A stretch of 64,000 nucleotides of DNA from Faecousia sp. (GCA_045606145.1 JAZURG010000204.1:10472-74471), one strand, 5' to 3'. Shown: positions 45,918 to 55,587, numbered from the stretch's first letter. Made by a program: numbers and translations. Notes: generated by a model from the letters alone, not told the origin.

Positions 45918-46541
45918 TCATTTCTCCGCGTGCTCCTTTTCTTTGTTCATGGTGCCGGTGCCGCCTTCCACCACTCCATCGCGGCGCAGGACGGCGAGAA
46001 TGGTGCCGAAGAAGCACTTACAGTCAAATAGGAAGCTGAGTTTCTCCACATATTCGCCGTCGAGTTTTGCTTTCGTCGGAATCGCCAGTTCATCGCGGCC
46101 GTTGATCTGGGCCCATCCGGTGAGGCCGGGGCGGACATCGTTGGCACCGTACTTATCCCGCTCGGCGACCAGGTCAAACTGATTCCAAAGGGCGGGTCTG
46201 GGACCAATGATGCTCATCTTGCCGGTGAAAATAGACCAGATCTGGGGCAGCTCATCAATGGAGAGCTTGCGGTAGATCTTGCCCACGGGGGTAATCCAGC
46301 GGTCGGGATTATTGAGCAGATGGGTGGGCATCTCGGCGGGGGTCTCAGTGTACATACTGCGGAACTTGGGCATCATGAAGGTTTCCTTATGCAGACCTAC
46401 CCGCTTCTGCCAGAACAGAACCGGGCCCTTAGAATCCAACTTGATGAGAAGTGCGAAGACTAACATGGGAATCGCCAGAATTACCAGCGCCAGTGCGGAC
46501 AAAACAAGATCAATCAAACGCTTGAAAAATTTTCGATACAC
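45918..46541 (-). CDS. Priming undecaprenyl-phosphate sugar-1-phosphate transferase (Bac_transf)
   Basis: KRLIDL, KFRSM, IDELPQ, MSIIGPRP, RPGLTGWAQINGR. Confidence 0.95.
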   Translation of the reverse strand: MYRKFFKRLIDLVLSALALVILAIPMLVFALLIKLDSKGPVLFWQKRVGLHKETFMMPKFRSMYTETPAEMPTHLLNNPDRWITPVGKIYRKLSIDELPQIWSIFTGKMSIIGPRPALWNQFDLVAERDKYGANDVRPGLTGWAQINGRDELAIPTKAKLDGEYVEKLSFLFDCKCFFGTILAVLRRDGVVEGGTGTMNKEKEHAEK

Positions 46542-46835
46542 AGTTGTATTCCTCCAGAAATGTCATATGCATCCATTATCGTATTTTGTATTATACCATG
46601 CGCCACAAACGGATGCAATATGACAATTTTTGCAACACGCATCAAATCGCAGGTGTCAAACATCATTGTAACGACTACACTGTGTTGTCAAGTAAAGGAA
46701 TCCACCCAATATATTACAAAGGCAACGCCGAATCTCCGGATCAATGCTATTTAGTTAATGAAACCTATGGAAAAAATCCGCGAAATATGCTACAATAGCA
46801 ACAAATATTTTCTGAAAGCAAATGTGGGAGAAAAC

Positions 46836-48074
46836 ATGGACGCAACGATCAAGACTTTTCTGATGATCCTGAAGGCCGCATTGGACGGGGAGAGGCCTGT
46901 CGTGGACCGGGAGATTCTGCCTGACGAATGGCACCGGCTGTTCCGACTGGCTAGCATTCATAACGTGTTGCCGCTGTTTTATGAAGCGATATACACCGAA
47001 CCTTCGCTGGTGAAGGAGCTGCCCTTGCTGGCTCGGGTGAGGCATCAGGTCATGCAGCAGGTGATCATGCAGACCCTGCGCACCAATGAATTTCTGGAGT
47101 TGAACGACCGGCTTCAGGAATCAGGTATCCGTCCGTTGGTGATCAAGGGCATCATCTGCCAGAACCTGTACCCTAAGCCGGATCATCGGCCTTCTGGCGA
47201 TGAGGATGTGCTGATTTCGGCAGACAGCTTTGCCGAGTGCCATCGGGTGATGACCGGACAGGGGCTGCAAGCCGGGAATGCCGATCTTGCTACAGCCTAT
47301 GAGGTGCCTTACCGCAAGGCGGGAAGCCCCCTGTACATCGAGCTGCACAAGCACCTGTTCCCACCGGAATCAGATGCCTACGGAGATATGAACCGCTTCT
47401 TTGAAGGGGTGTTGGACCGTGCCGTAGAGCTGGAGATTCAGGAAAGCACCGTCTACACCCTGGGATATACGGATCACCTGTTCTATCTGATCTGCCACGC
47501 ATTCAAGCATTTCCTCCATAGCGGCTTTGGAATCCGGCAGGTGTGTGATATTGTGCTGTACGCAAACGAATATGGAACCCAAATCGATTGGATGCAGATC
47601 CTGGAATACTGCAAGATGATCCACGCAGAGAATTTTGCGGCTGCGATGTTCCAAATCGGAAGAAATTATCTGGTCTTCGATCCGGACAAGGCTGCTTACC
47701 CGAATGCCTGGCGTGAGATCCGGGTGAACGAACTGCCTATGCTGAAGGATCTGCTCTCCGGCGGCCTCTACGGCGACGCTAACATGAGCCGTAAACACAG
47801 CAGCAACATCACTCTGGACGCCGTTGCTGCCCAGAAGCAGGGCCGTAAGGCAAAAAACGGCCTACTGACCTCTGTCTTTCCACCGGTATCCAAGATAGAG
47901 GGGCGATATCCATATTTGAAAAAGCACCCCTATCTTCTGCCAGTGGCCTGGTGCAGCCGCCTTTGGACATATTCCAAAGAGACCAGACATTCCCAGAGCA
48001 ACAATGCTGCGGATGCCCTGAGGATCGGCAGCGAACGAATCGTACTGATGAAAGAGTATGGTATCCTAAAATGA
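46836..48074 (+). CDS. Nucleotidyltransferase family protein (NTP_transf_5 type)
   Basis: IKG...LYP.P..R.SGDEDVL, IELH, HAFKHF...GFGIRQVCD; start reset to MDATIK after GGGAG. Confidence 0.88.
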   Translation: MDATIKTFLMILKAALDGERPVVDREILPDEWHRLFRLASIHNVLPLFYEAIYTEPSLVKELPLLARVRHQVMQQVIMQTLRTNEFLELNDRLQESGIRPLVIKGIICQNLYPKPDHRPSGDEDVLISADSFAECHRVMTGQGLQAGNADLATAYEVPYRKAGSPLYIELHKHLFPPESDAYGDMNRFFEGVLDRAVELEIQESTVYTLGYTDHLFYLICHAFKHFLHSGFGIRQVCDIVLYANEYGTQIDWMQILEYCKMIHAENFAAAMFQIGRNYLVFDPDKAAYPNAWREIRVNELPMLKDLLSGGLYGDANMSRKHSSNITLDAVAAQKQGRKAKNGLLTSVFPPVSKIEGRYPYLKKHPYLLPVAWCSRLWTYSKETRHSQSNNAADALRIGSERIVLMKEYGILK

Positions 48075-48144
48075 CAAATGCCCAGCAAATTATGCCGCTT
48101 CGGCGACATGGTTTGCGGGTGTTTGCCCCAGTATAGCAGAAATA

Positions 48145-48178
48145 GCACAGCCGCCGACCATCGGGTCGGCGGCTGTGC
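48145..48178. terminator. Hairpin downstream of the nucleotidyltransferase gene
   Basis: GCACAGCCGCCGACC-ATCG-GGTCGGCGGCTGTGC; no T-tract. Confidence 0.5.
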
Positions 48179-48216
48179 AGTCTGCCAAATCGACAAAAGC
48201 TTACAAGAAATAATTC

Positions 48217-48245
48217 TTGACAAACGATGCGCTTTGTGTTACTAT
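48217..48245 (+). promoter_or_regulatory. sigma-A promoter of tRNA-Met
   Basis: TTGACA-17 bp-TACTAT with TG extended -10. Confidence 0.75.
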
Positions 48246-48277
48246 ATATCAGCACTGAGTTAGTGCGACCTAAATAT

Positions 48278-48353
48278 CGCGGGATAGAGCAGTTGGAAGC
48301 TCGTCGGGCTCATAACCCGGAGGTCGGAGGTTCGAGTCCTCCTCCCGCAACCA
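48278..48353 (+). tRNA. Initiator tRNA-fMet(CAT)
   Basis: CAT anticodon in GGG-CTCATAA-CCC, C1:A72 mismatch, GGTTCGAGTCC T-arm, CCA. Confidence 0.97.
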
Positions 48354-48384
48354 ACGGAGCGAACCGAAAAAGATATCGGTTCGA

Positions 48385-48420
48385 AAAACCCCGAAACCAT
48401 AGCGGTTTCGGGGTTTTGTT
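48385..48420 (+). terminator. Terminator after tRNA-Met
   Basis: AAAACCCCGAAACC-ATAGC-GGTTTCGGGGTTTTGTT. Confidence 0.75.
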
Positions 48421-48561
48421 ATGCCATTTTTCAAAGTAAGATTAAAAAGATATCTTTTCCCCAAAACGACCGTTGGGGAGGACTTGAACTATGATAATTG
48501 AAATTATGGTGGTTTTATGTTATACTTAAATTGTAAGTTTTGTCGAACCGAGGTGAGTTTT

Positions 48562-49731
48562 TTGAAATCTCCAAAATTAAAAAATGCTTTGCTGTGCAGA
48601 ATACTTGTCTATGTGGTTGTCCTTGGTGGATTTATCGCTCCCATTATAATCGTGGCGAATCTAAAATTTGTTCCTGAAGCGATTAAGGTTATTGTTGGGA
48701 TAGGCTTGGCAGTCGGCCTTTTGATATATCTAATTAAGAACTTTGTTTTGTTGATGGCAATGGATGTTGGATTGGCCATGTTGCATTGTCATAACACTGC
48801 AAGAAAACAGTTTGTATTACCCCAGTCTTTTTCTGCCAAAAAGGTCGAAAAGAGAATTTCTCGATTTGGTCAAAAGTGTGAGCCAATAGCTATCTCGCCG
48901 CGCCCTGAAACACTTCGATACAAGAGCAATGCTCCCATGACGATTTATTCAAGCGGTATTGAGAAGATTATTGCAACATATCGCATTGATTTCTTGGATA
49001 AAAGCCAATACCAGTTGATCGTCAATTCTGCCACAGCAAACTCAAAGGCATTAAAAGGGAAAAAGAAGCATCGGTTTCTTGATAAATCTCAAAAGAGTTC
49101 TCCATTAAACCGTACTACCGTAATTGTGATATTTGCCAAACAAGTAGATGAAAAATTGAGAAATAGTTTATTTGATGTGGTTTGTAAAAATGGTGGAGAT
49201 GGATTTGATACGGCGATACTTCCGTGTGTGGTGGATTTAGAAAAACAAGTTTGTACATTCGACAGTATGCGAATGCCCTACACGGGATTTCAATATCCGG
49301 TAAAGAACCGCGGTATAAAGATTATTCGAAAATATTTGTTTAACAATAAGTTTCCGTTTGCCGATTCGCCGGATATGCTTGACCCCATTAAAGACATGGA
49401 TCCCGAGCAAAGCCTGTGGGATTTTTGGAAAACGATGAAAAACGAACTCGTGTCAGATGATAAGAATATGAAAAAACGCTTTGAAAAAATGAAGCATGGG
49501 GACATCGTTTTTGAAGATGGCTATATTTATTTAAAATGGGAAGACCACGGACTTTGGATTTCAGTTGAATTAAATGAAGAACTGAGAACGGCTGAAATTG
49601 ATCCCATTGATTCTTGGGATTATCCAAAGTCCAATAAAATTGCAAAAGCTGCCATAAAAGAAATAAAAACTTTGCTTAATACTTATTTTGCCGGACTGGG
49701 ATACACCACAAAGTATATTTCTTATGAATGA
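48562..49731 (+). CDS. AT-rich hypothetical membrane protein (two N-terminal TMs)
   Basis: TTG start after GAGGTGAG; ~390 codons, clearly lower GC than the flanks; no recognisable motif. Confidence 0.75.
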   Translation: MKSPKLKNALLCRILVYVVVLGGFIAPIIIVANLKFVPEAIKVIVGIGLAVGLLIYLIKNFVLLMAMDVGLAMLHCHNTARKQFVLPQSFSAKKVEKRISRFGQKCEPIAISPRPETLRYKSNAPMTIYSSGIEKIIATYRIDFLDKSQYQLIVNSATANSKALKGKKKHRFLDKSQKSSPLNRTTVIVIFAKQVDEKLRNSLFDVVCKNGGDGFDTAILPCVVDLEKQVCTFDSMRMPYTGFQYPVKNRGIKIIRKYLFNNKFPFADSPDMLDPIKDMDPEQSLWDFWKTMKNELVSDDKNMKKRFEKMKHGDIVFEDGYIYLKWEDHGLWISVELNEELRTAEIDPIDSWDYPKSNKIAKAAIKEIKTLLNTYFAGLGYTTKYISYE

Positions 49732-49754
49732 TATCTTTTTCGGTGCTACGAGCC

Positions 49755-49800
49755 AGAAAAGAAGAATGACCATCCCAAAGGATGGTCATTCTTCTTTTCT
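49755..49800. terminator. Bidirectional terminator
   Basis: AGAAAAGAAGAATGACCATCC-CAAA-GGATGGTCATTCTTCTTTTCT. Confidence 0.75.
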
Positions 49801-49928
49801 TATTTCGACACGGGAAATAGTGGTTTCTGTTTCCGTATAATGAGACCGACGAGCGTAGCTCGTTGGGAAAGCGAGGGGAGCGCCGCAGAAAGCATAGGGC
49901 ACAGCAAACAGGCGCGAAGCAATAACCC

Positions 49929-50093
49929 GGAGGACTCGACCCCATAGCAGAGCAACAGTCCGTTGGACTGTTGCAGTCACCAGTTCAAAAACTGGTGGCT
50001 ACAATTATTTTATGTCCCAGATGGGGCATTAAATGCATATCGAGTTCTCATCCCGCAATCTGGGCGATTTCGGGGTTTGGTAATGCCACTTTT
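49929..50093. repeat. Diverged copy of the tRNA-associated three-hairpin element followed by a degenerate tRNA-Met 3'-end duplicate
   Basis: Gapless alignment of 49940-50039 to 1159-1258; TCGAGTTCTCATCCCGCAA at 50040 vs TCGAGTCCTCCTCCCGCAA in tRNA-Met. Confidence 0.85.
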
Positions 50094-50095
50094 GA

Positions 50096-50158
50096 ATGGT
50101 TCTATAATAAATGTTGGGGTCAGGTGCATCGCCCGGCCCCAACATTTATTATAGAACC
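50096..50158. repeat. Palindrome with perfect 22-bp arms; left 29 bp identical to 63396-63424
   Basis: GGTTCTATAATAAATGTTGGGG...CCCCAACATTTATTATAGAACC. Confidence 0.9.
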
Positions 50159-50201
50159 TTAGGGAATTATGATGGCGTCTAAGGGCAGCACCTTTTTGCG
50201 C

Positions 50202-50984
50202 TTATTTTAACGGCTTTTTGTTTGCTGGACTATTTCCGTTATTTTTCCGGTACAGCCGATAAAAGTTGCTGTAATTGTCGTACCCAACCTGCGCTGCCGC
50301 TATGACTGCGGGGGTTCCTTCACTGATCAGCTTGTTTGCGAGGGCAAGCTTTTTCTGAAGAATGTATTGCTTGGGGGAGATATTCATTTTCTGTTCAAAG
50401 AGGTGGCAAAAGGACGATTTTGATCTCGCGGTATGCTTTGCCAGATCCTCCAGCAGGATCTTTTCATGCAAATGCCGGTCGATGTACCCGATGGCCTTTT
50501 GCAAAAACGCATCCGTTTCGATATGGTCGGGCGTTCCGGACGCTTTTATGACATCATAGAGGATCTGGATCATCAAGCTTCGCGCCAGAGGCCCATAGAA
50601 CGCAGGATCTGCTTTTTGACAGACCTCCTTCAGCTTTTCCACATAGGGCAGAAACACGACGGCCATTTCCGGCAATTGCTTTGTAAACTCCGGCCGCAAT
50701 GCAGCAGGCACTTCGGAAATATCAAACAAAGCCGTGATCCTGCGGTAGCTGCCTCGTTTGTTTGCGGTGACGGCGTGGTAGGCAAGGGGCGGAATGATGG
50801 CTGCCTGCTGGTTGGTTAAACGGTAGCTTTTTCCTTCCAGTATGATGTTTACATCGCCCTCTGCTACAGCGATCAACTCAAACTGTCCGTGACAGTGGGT
50901 CTCCAGTAAAACCGGACGGTCGATCTCGCTGTGGATATATTCCAGCCGGAAGCCGCCGGTATCAAAACTGTTACGCATACACAT
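50202..50984 (-). CDS. AraC-family transcriptional regulator
   Basis: Cupin HCHGQFEL N-domain; C-terminal HTH ...SPKQYI...A...GYDNYSNFYRLYRK; divergent from the catabolic operon. Confidence 0.93.
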   Translation of the reverse strand: MCMRNSFDTGGFRLEYIHSEIDRPVLLETHCHGQFELIAVAEGDVNIILEGKSYRLTNQQAAIIPPLAYHAVTANKRGSYRRITALFDISEVPAALRPEFTKQLPEMAVVFLPYVEKLKEVCQKADPAFYGPLARSLMIQILYDVIKASGTPDHIETDAFLQKAIGYIDRHLHEKILLEDLAKHTARSKSSFCHLFEQKMNISPKQYILQKKLALANKLISEGTPAVIAAAQVGYDNYSNFYRLYRKNNGNSPANKKPLK

Positions 50985-51100
50985 TCCCCCTTTTGTTTGT
51001 TATATCACTTACTTGCAAGAAAAGCAATATTATAGTGCATATTTAAGTATTTACATTTCCTTTAAATAAGCATACAATGAAAATAAAACAAAGGAGCGTG

Positions 51101-52303
51101 ATGAAGATGTTGGAATCATCCATAAAAGTAGGGGCGCTAACCGTCTGCAACCGTGTGGTGCTGCAGCCGATGGAAGGCTGTGACTGTAACCTTGACGGCA
51201 GTCCCAGCCACTTGACCGTAGAAAAATACAAAAAGGCTGCAAAGTCCGGCGCAGGCATGATCTGGTTTGAGGCCAATGCCGTCTGCCCGGAGGGCCGGAC
51301 AAATATTCGGCAGATGATGCTGACAGAAGAGAACCTCCCGGTTTTTCAAGAGCTTGTGCAGGAGATCAGAGAGATCGCGCGGCAGACCCATGGCAACGCG
51401 CCTGTTATGATTCTTCAGCTCACCCATTCGGGCCGCCAGAGCATCGTGCCGATGATCGCCTACCGGCATCCTTTGTACGATCAGCGCCGCCCGGTGACCG
51501 ACGAGAATATTGTGACCGATACCTATCTGGATACCCTTCCCGAAAAGTATGCGGCATCTGCAAGACTGGCGGTGAAAGCGGGCTTTGACGGTGTGGATGT
51601 CAAGTCCTGCCACGGATATCTTTTCCAGGAGCTGCTGTCCGCTTTCTCAAGAGAGGGCCGCTATGGCGGCAGCTTTGAAAACCGCATAAGGCTGTTTCTG
51701 GATTGCTTCCGGGCGGTACGTGAGGCGGTTCCAAAGGCATTTTTGCTGGCAGCGCGGTTGGGCGTATCCGATATGGTGCCGAAGCCGTTGGGATTCGGCA
51801 CGACGGAAGAAAATACGCTGGATCTTTCTGAACCGGACCGGCTGATTAGTTTGCTGATGGAGGAAAACCTGCAACTGCTCAATGTCACCGTGGGAAATCC
51901 TTACTACAATCCCCACATCAACCGCCCTTACCGCAAAGGCAGCTACGAGCCGCCGGAGGCGCCGGAAGTGGGAATTGCCAGATTTTCCCATGTAGAAAAG
52001 CATATCAAGGAAGCGTTTCCGGCGCTTAGCGTGGTCGGCTCCGGCCTGTCCTATTACCGGCATGACCTCTTTCAGCAGGCGCAAGGGCAGATCGCAGGCG
52101 GTGTATGCGATCTCGTGGGTTTCGGAAGAATGTGGCTGGCATATCCCGAATTCTACCGGGACTACCGCAGCGGGTGCTTTAACCCGAAAAAATGTTGCCT
52201 TGCCTGCTCCAAATGCACGGAGCTGATGCGCGCGGGACAGGTTTCCGGCTGCGCCGTTTTCAATGCGTATTACAGAGAGCTTTACAGAACCATCCAAAAA
52301 TAA
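51101..52303 (+). CDS. NADH:flavin oxidoreductase (Old Yellow Enzyme family) with C-terminal Cys cluster
   Basis: NRVVLQPMEG, QLTHSGR, GFDGVDVKSCHGYL, YGGSFENR, GFGR, CLACSKC; start may be 51107. Confidence 0.9.
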   Translation: MKMLESSIKVGALTVCNRVVLQPMEGCDCNLDGSPSHLTVEKYKKAAKSGAGMIWFEANAVCPEGRTNIRQMMLTEENLPVFQELVQEIREIARQTHGNAPVMILQLTHSGRQSIVPMIAYRHPLYDQRRPVTDENIVTDTYLDTLPEKYAASARLAVKAGFDGVDVKSCHGYLFQELLSAFSREGRYGGSFENRIRLFLDCFRAVREAVPKAFLLAARLGVSDMVPKPLGFGTTEENTLDLSEPDRLISLLMEENLQLLNVTVGNPYYNPHINRPYRKGSYEPPEAPEVGIARFSHVEKHIKEAFPALSVVGSGLSYYRHDLFQQAQGQIAGGVCDLVGFGRMWLAYPEFYRDYRSGCFNPKKCCLACSKCTELMRAGQVSGCAVFNAYYRELYRTIQK

Positions 52304-52316
52304 AGAGGTGTGAAAG

Positions 52317-53048
52317 ATGAAGGTAGCGATCGTTACAGGCGTTCTAGGGGGCATTGGCAAGGCATCTGCCCTCGCTCTTGCGAAAAACGGATACCGGGTC
52401 GTGGGGATGGGAAGACGCCCCGCTCCCGATACCGCTGAACTGGATGCTTTTGGCATTACCTATCTTTCCGGAGATATCTCATCGGCGCAGGACAGGAAAA
52501 GGCTGGTGGATACAGCCATGTCCTGCGGCGATATCGGTGTTCTTGTCAATGTGGCAGGGGTGGCGCCGAAGGTGCGCCGGGACATCCTGGAGATGACAGA
52601 GGAAAGCTACGATCACGTTATGGGCATCAATACCAAGGGCACCCTGTTTTTGACCCAGTTGGTGGCAAATGAGATGCTCCGGCATGGCCACGGTGGAAGC
52701 ATTGTCAACATTTCCTCCTGCTCTGCCTATACCAGCTCCACCAGCCGTGGGGAATACTGTATTTCCAAGGCAGGTGTAAGCATGATCACCAAGCTGTTCG
52801 CCGACCGTTTGGCAGGGGAGGGTATTACCGTCAATGAGATCTGCCCCGGCATCATCGCCACGGATATGACAGCCGGGGTCAAAGACAAGTACGACAAGCT
52901 GATCGCGGAAGGCCTTGTGCCTTTGGGACGCTGGGGACAGCCGGAGGACATTGCCAAGGCAGTGGTTGCCCTCTGTGACGGTACCTTTGGCTACACTACG
53001 GGACAGTCCTTTATTCTTGACGGAGGAATGCACATAAGAAAGCTATGA
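52317..53048 (+). CDS. Short-chain dehydrogenase/reductase
   Basis: TGVLGGIG, NVAG, YCISK catalytic motif. Confidence 0.93.
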   Translation: MKVAIVTGVLGGIGKASALALAKNGYRVVGMGRRPAPDTAELDAFGITYLSGDISSAQDRKRLVDTAMSCGDIGVLVNVAGVAPKVRRDILEMTEESYDHVMGINTKGTLFLTQLVANEMLRHGHGGSIVNISSCSAYTSSTSRGEYCISKAGVSMITKLFADRLAGEGITVNEICPGIIATDMTAGVKDKYDKLIAEGLVPLGRWGQPEDIAKAVVALCDGTFGYTTGQSFILDGGMHIRKL

Positions 53049-54829
53049 AAAAGCAGTATCATACATTGATCATCGGTACCGGCTGCGCAGGCTACAATGC
53101 CGCCGATAAGCTATACGATCTGGGTGTTAGGGATATTGCCATTGTCACCGAGGGCAGACTCATGGGTACTTCCCGCAACACAGGAAGCGATAAGCAGACC
53201 TATTACAAGCTCTCCCTTTGCGGAAGTGACGGAGACAGTGTGCGTCAGCTGGCGGATACGCTGTATTCCGGCGGCGGTGTCATGGGCGAGCATGCCCTCT
53301 GCGAAGCGGCATACTCTACCCGGTGTTTTATGCGGTTGGTGGAGCTGGGAGTTCCGTTCCCAACCAATGAGTACGGCGAATACGCAGGCTATAAGACCGA
53401 TCACGACCCCAGAAGCCGGGCCACCTCCTGCGGTCCGCTGACCTCAAAATATATGACCGAAGCATTGGAACGCTCGGTCATGTCCAAGAACATTGCGATT
53501 ATGGATTCTCAAAGAGTCATCAAAATACTTATCCATAACAATGCGGTTACGGGCATTGCCTGTGTCCATGGGGAAACAGGCGAATTTTCCGTGATCGGCT
53601 GCCGGAATGTGATCCTTTGCACCGGCGGCCCTGCGGGCATTTATAAAAATACCGTGTATCCCGAAAGTCAGCATGGCGCTACAGGACTTGCTGTTGACGC
53701 GGGCGCTGCCCTTTCCAACATGGAGCAATGGCAGTACGGGATCGCCAGCACAAAATTCCGCTGGAATCTGTCCGGCACCTACCAGCAGGTGTTGCCAAGG
53801 TATATTTCTGTTGACAAAGCGGGCAATGAACGGGAATTTCTGTACGAGAAGCTGGGCGAGGAGTCCCTTGGTCTGATCTTTTTGAAGGGCTATCAGTGGC
53901 CCTTTGATACCAGGAAGGCGGACGGTTCTTCCAAGGTCGACCTGCTGGTGGCGGAGGAAATCAAGGCAGGCAACCGGGTCTACTTAGATTTTCTGCGTAA
54001 CCCAAAGGGACTGGAACGTGGCTTTGCCGTTCTCCCGGAGGAAGCCTATACCTATCTTGCCAACTCCGAGGCCCTTTTCGGCACACCCATCCAGCGTCTT
54101 CGCAAAATGAATGAGGGTGCCATTGCCCTTTATGCCGACCACGGCATCGACCTGTATTCCGAGCCTTTGGAAATTGCTGTATGCGCCCAGCATTGCAACG
54201 GCGGCATCGCGGTGGATGCGCATTGGCAAAGCGATGTAACAGGGCTATATGCAGCCGGTGAGGCGGCAGGTACCTTTGGGGTTTACCGCCCCGGTGGAAG
54301 CGCACTGAACTCCACACAGGTGGGAAGTCTGCGGGCGGCGGAGCATATCGCAAAGCAGCCCCGGCGGACGTGCCAAGCGCCGGTCTTTGAAAAGCCGGTG
54401 ATCCGCTACGGCAAGAGCAATCTGGGTCAGCTACGGGAGAAGTATCAGAAGGAAATGAGCCGGGTTGCGGATTTTGACCGTTCTACCGAGGGAATGAAGA
54501 CGCTATTTAACGATGTCGATCAACTGTGCGAAAACTTCTTTGACCGCGCGATGGTTGATGACGATTCCCAGCTGTGTGAATTATTCAAGCTTTACGATAT
54601 GGCGCTGACGCAGAGAGCCACTCTTTCCGCAATGCTTTGCTCAGCAGAAGCACATGGTTCCCATGGCTCCGCCTTCATAGACCGCACACCCAATACAGGT
54701 GAGGTCAGGCAGACCCGCACTTTGACACGAGGCGCACACTCTTTTGAAGAAAGTGTTTCCCCAATGCCTAACCCCGAACTTTGGTTTGAGACCCTTCTGG
54801 CAAGACGGCGAAAGGAAGTGGAAATATGA
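53045..54829 (+). CDS. FAD-binding protein, succinate dehydrogenase/fumarate reductase flavoprotein-like
   Basis: IIGTGCAG, LCTGG, QHCNGG, GLYAAGE, RPGGSAL. Confidence 0.85.
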   Translation: MKKQYHTLIIGTGCAGYNAADKLYDLGVRDIAIVTEGRLMGTSRNTGSDKQTYYKLSLCGSDGDSVRQLADTLYSGGGVMGEHALCEAAYSTRCFMRLVELGVPFPTNEYGEYAGYKTDHDPRSRATSCGPLTSKYMTEALERSVMSKNIAIMDSQRVIKILIHNNAVTGIACVHGETGEFSVIGCRNVILCTGGPAGIYKNTVYPESQHGATGLAVDAGAALSNMEQWQYGIASTKFRWNLSGTYQQVLPRYISVDKAGNEREFLYEKLGEESLGLIFLKGYQWPFDTRKADGSSKVDLLVAEEIKAGNRVYLDFLRNPKGLERGFAVLPEEAYTYLANSEALFGTPIQRLRKMNEGAIALYADHGIDLYSEPLEIAVCAQHCNGGIAVDAHWQSDVTGLYAAGEAAGTFGVYRPGGSALNSTQVGSLRAAEHIAKQPRRTCQAPVFEKPVIRYGKSNLGQLREKYQKEMSRVADFDRSTEGMKTLFNDVDQLCENFFDRAMVDDDSQLCELFKLYDMALTQRATLSAMLCSAEAHGSHGSAFIDRTPNTGEVRQTRTLTRGAHSFEESVSPMPNPELWFETLLARRRKEVEI

Positions 54830-55587
54830 CAGAAAACGGTTATACCTTGGGCCTGGTATCCATCTCCTTCCGGCAACACACACCCGAGGAAATCCTGGAA
54901 GCGGTAAAGAACGCGGGACTTTCCTGCGTGGAATGGGGCAGTGATATACACGCACCCTGCCGGAATCTGGCACGGCTGCATGAAATCGCAGCATTGCAGA
55001 AGGAATCCGGCATTGCGTGTTCGTCCTACGGAACCTATTTTCGCTTGGGGGAAACCCCAGTGGAAGAACTGGAAGACTATATCAATGCTGCTAAAATTCT
55101 GGATACCGGTATCCTGCGCCTTTGGTGCGGCAGCAAATGCGGCGCGGAAATGACCGCCCGGGAGAGAGAAGACCTGCTGGCTGTTTGCCGTAGGGCCGCT
55201 GCCATTGCCGCGCTTCATGGCGTGAAGCTTTGCATGGAGTGCCACAAAAACACCTTTACAGAAAATCCGGACGATGTACGATGGCTGATGGAACAGGTAA
55301 ATTCCCCCGCATTCCGGATGTATTGGCAGCCATTTCAGTGGCAGGACGCCCAAACCAATATAGAAAACGCAAGAGCGGTCGCGCCCTATGCTGAGCATAT
55401 CCATGTGTTTCACTGGAAAGAAGACAGAAAGCTTCCTCTGTCCGATGCCATAGAGGAATGGCGTATGTATCTGCGGGAATTCTCAGCGCCCCGTACGCTG
55501 CTGCTGGAGTTTATGCCGGACGATCAAATCGGGTCGCTTCCGGCAGAGACCCGTGGTTTGAAGACCATAATAGGAGAAACGCTATGA
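54826..55587 (+). CDS. Sugar phosphate isomerase/epimerase-like TIM barrel (AP_endonuc_2)
   Basis: SISFR, EWGSDIH, RLWCG, MECH, HIHVF, LLEF. Confidence 0.85.
   Translation: MTENGYTLGLVSISFRQHTPEEILEAVKNAGLSCVEWGSDIHAPCRNLARLHEIAALQKESGIACSSYGTYFRLGETPVEELEDYINAAKILDTGILRLWCGSKCGAEMTAREREDLLAVCRRAAAIAALHGVKLCMECHKNTFTENPDDVRWLMEQVNSPAFRMYWQPFQWQDAQTNIENARAVAPYAEHIHVFHWKEDRKLPLSDAIEEWRMYLREFSAPRTLLLEFMPDDQIGSLPAETRGLKTIIGETL

Noticed and set aside
1020-48353. 47-kb tRNA-to-tRNA genomic island or prophage
   Set aside because: The two tRNAs differ, there is no shared att pair spanning the region, and no integrase, phage or conjugation genes.
53045-54829. Respiratory succinate dehydrogenase/fumarate reductase or nadB
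   Set aside because: No Fe-S or membrane subunits and no nadA/nadC; embedded in a sugar-type operon.
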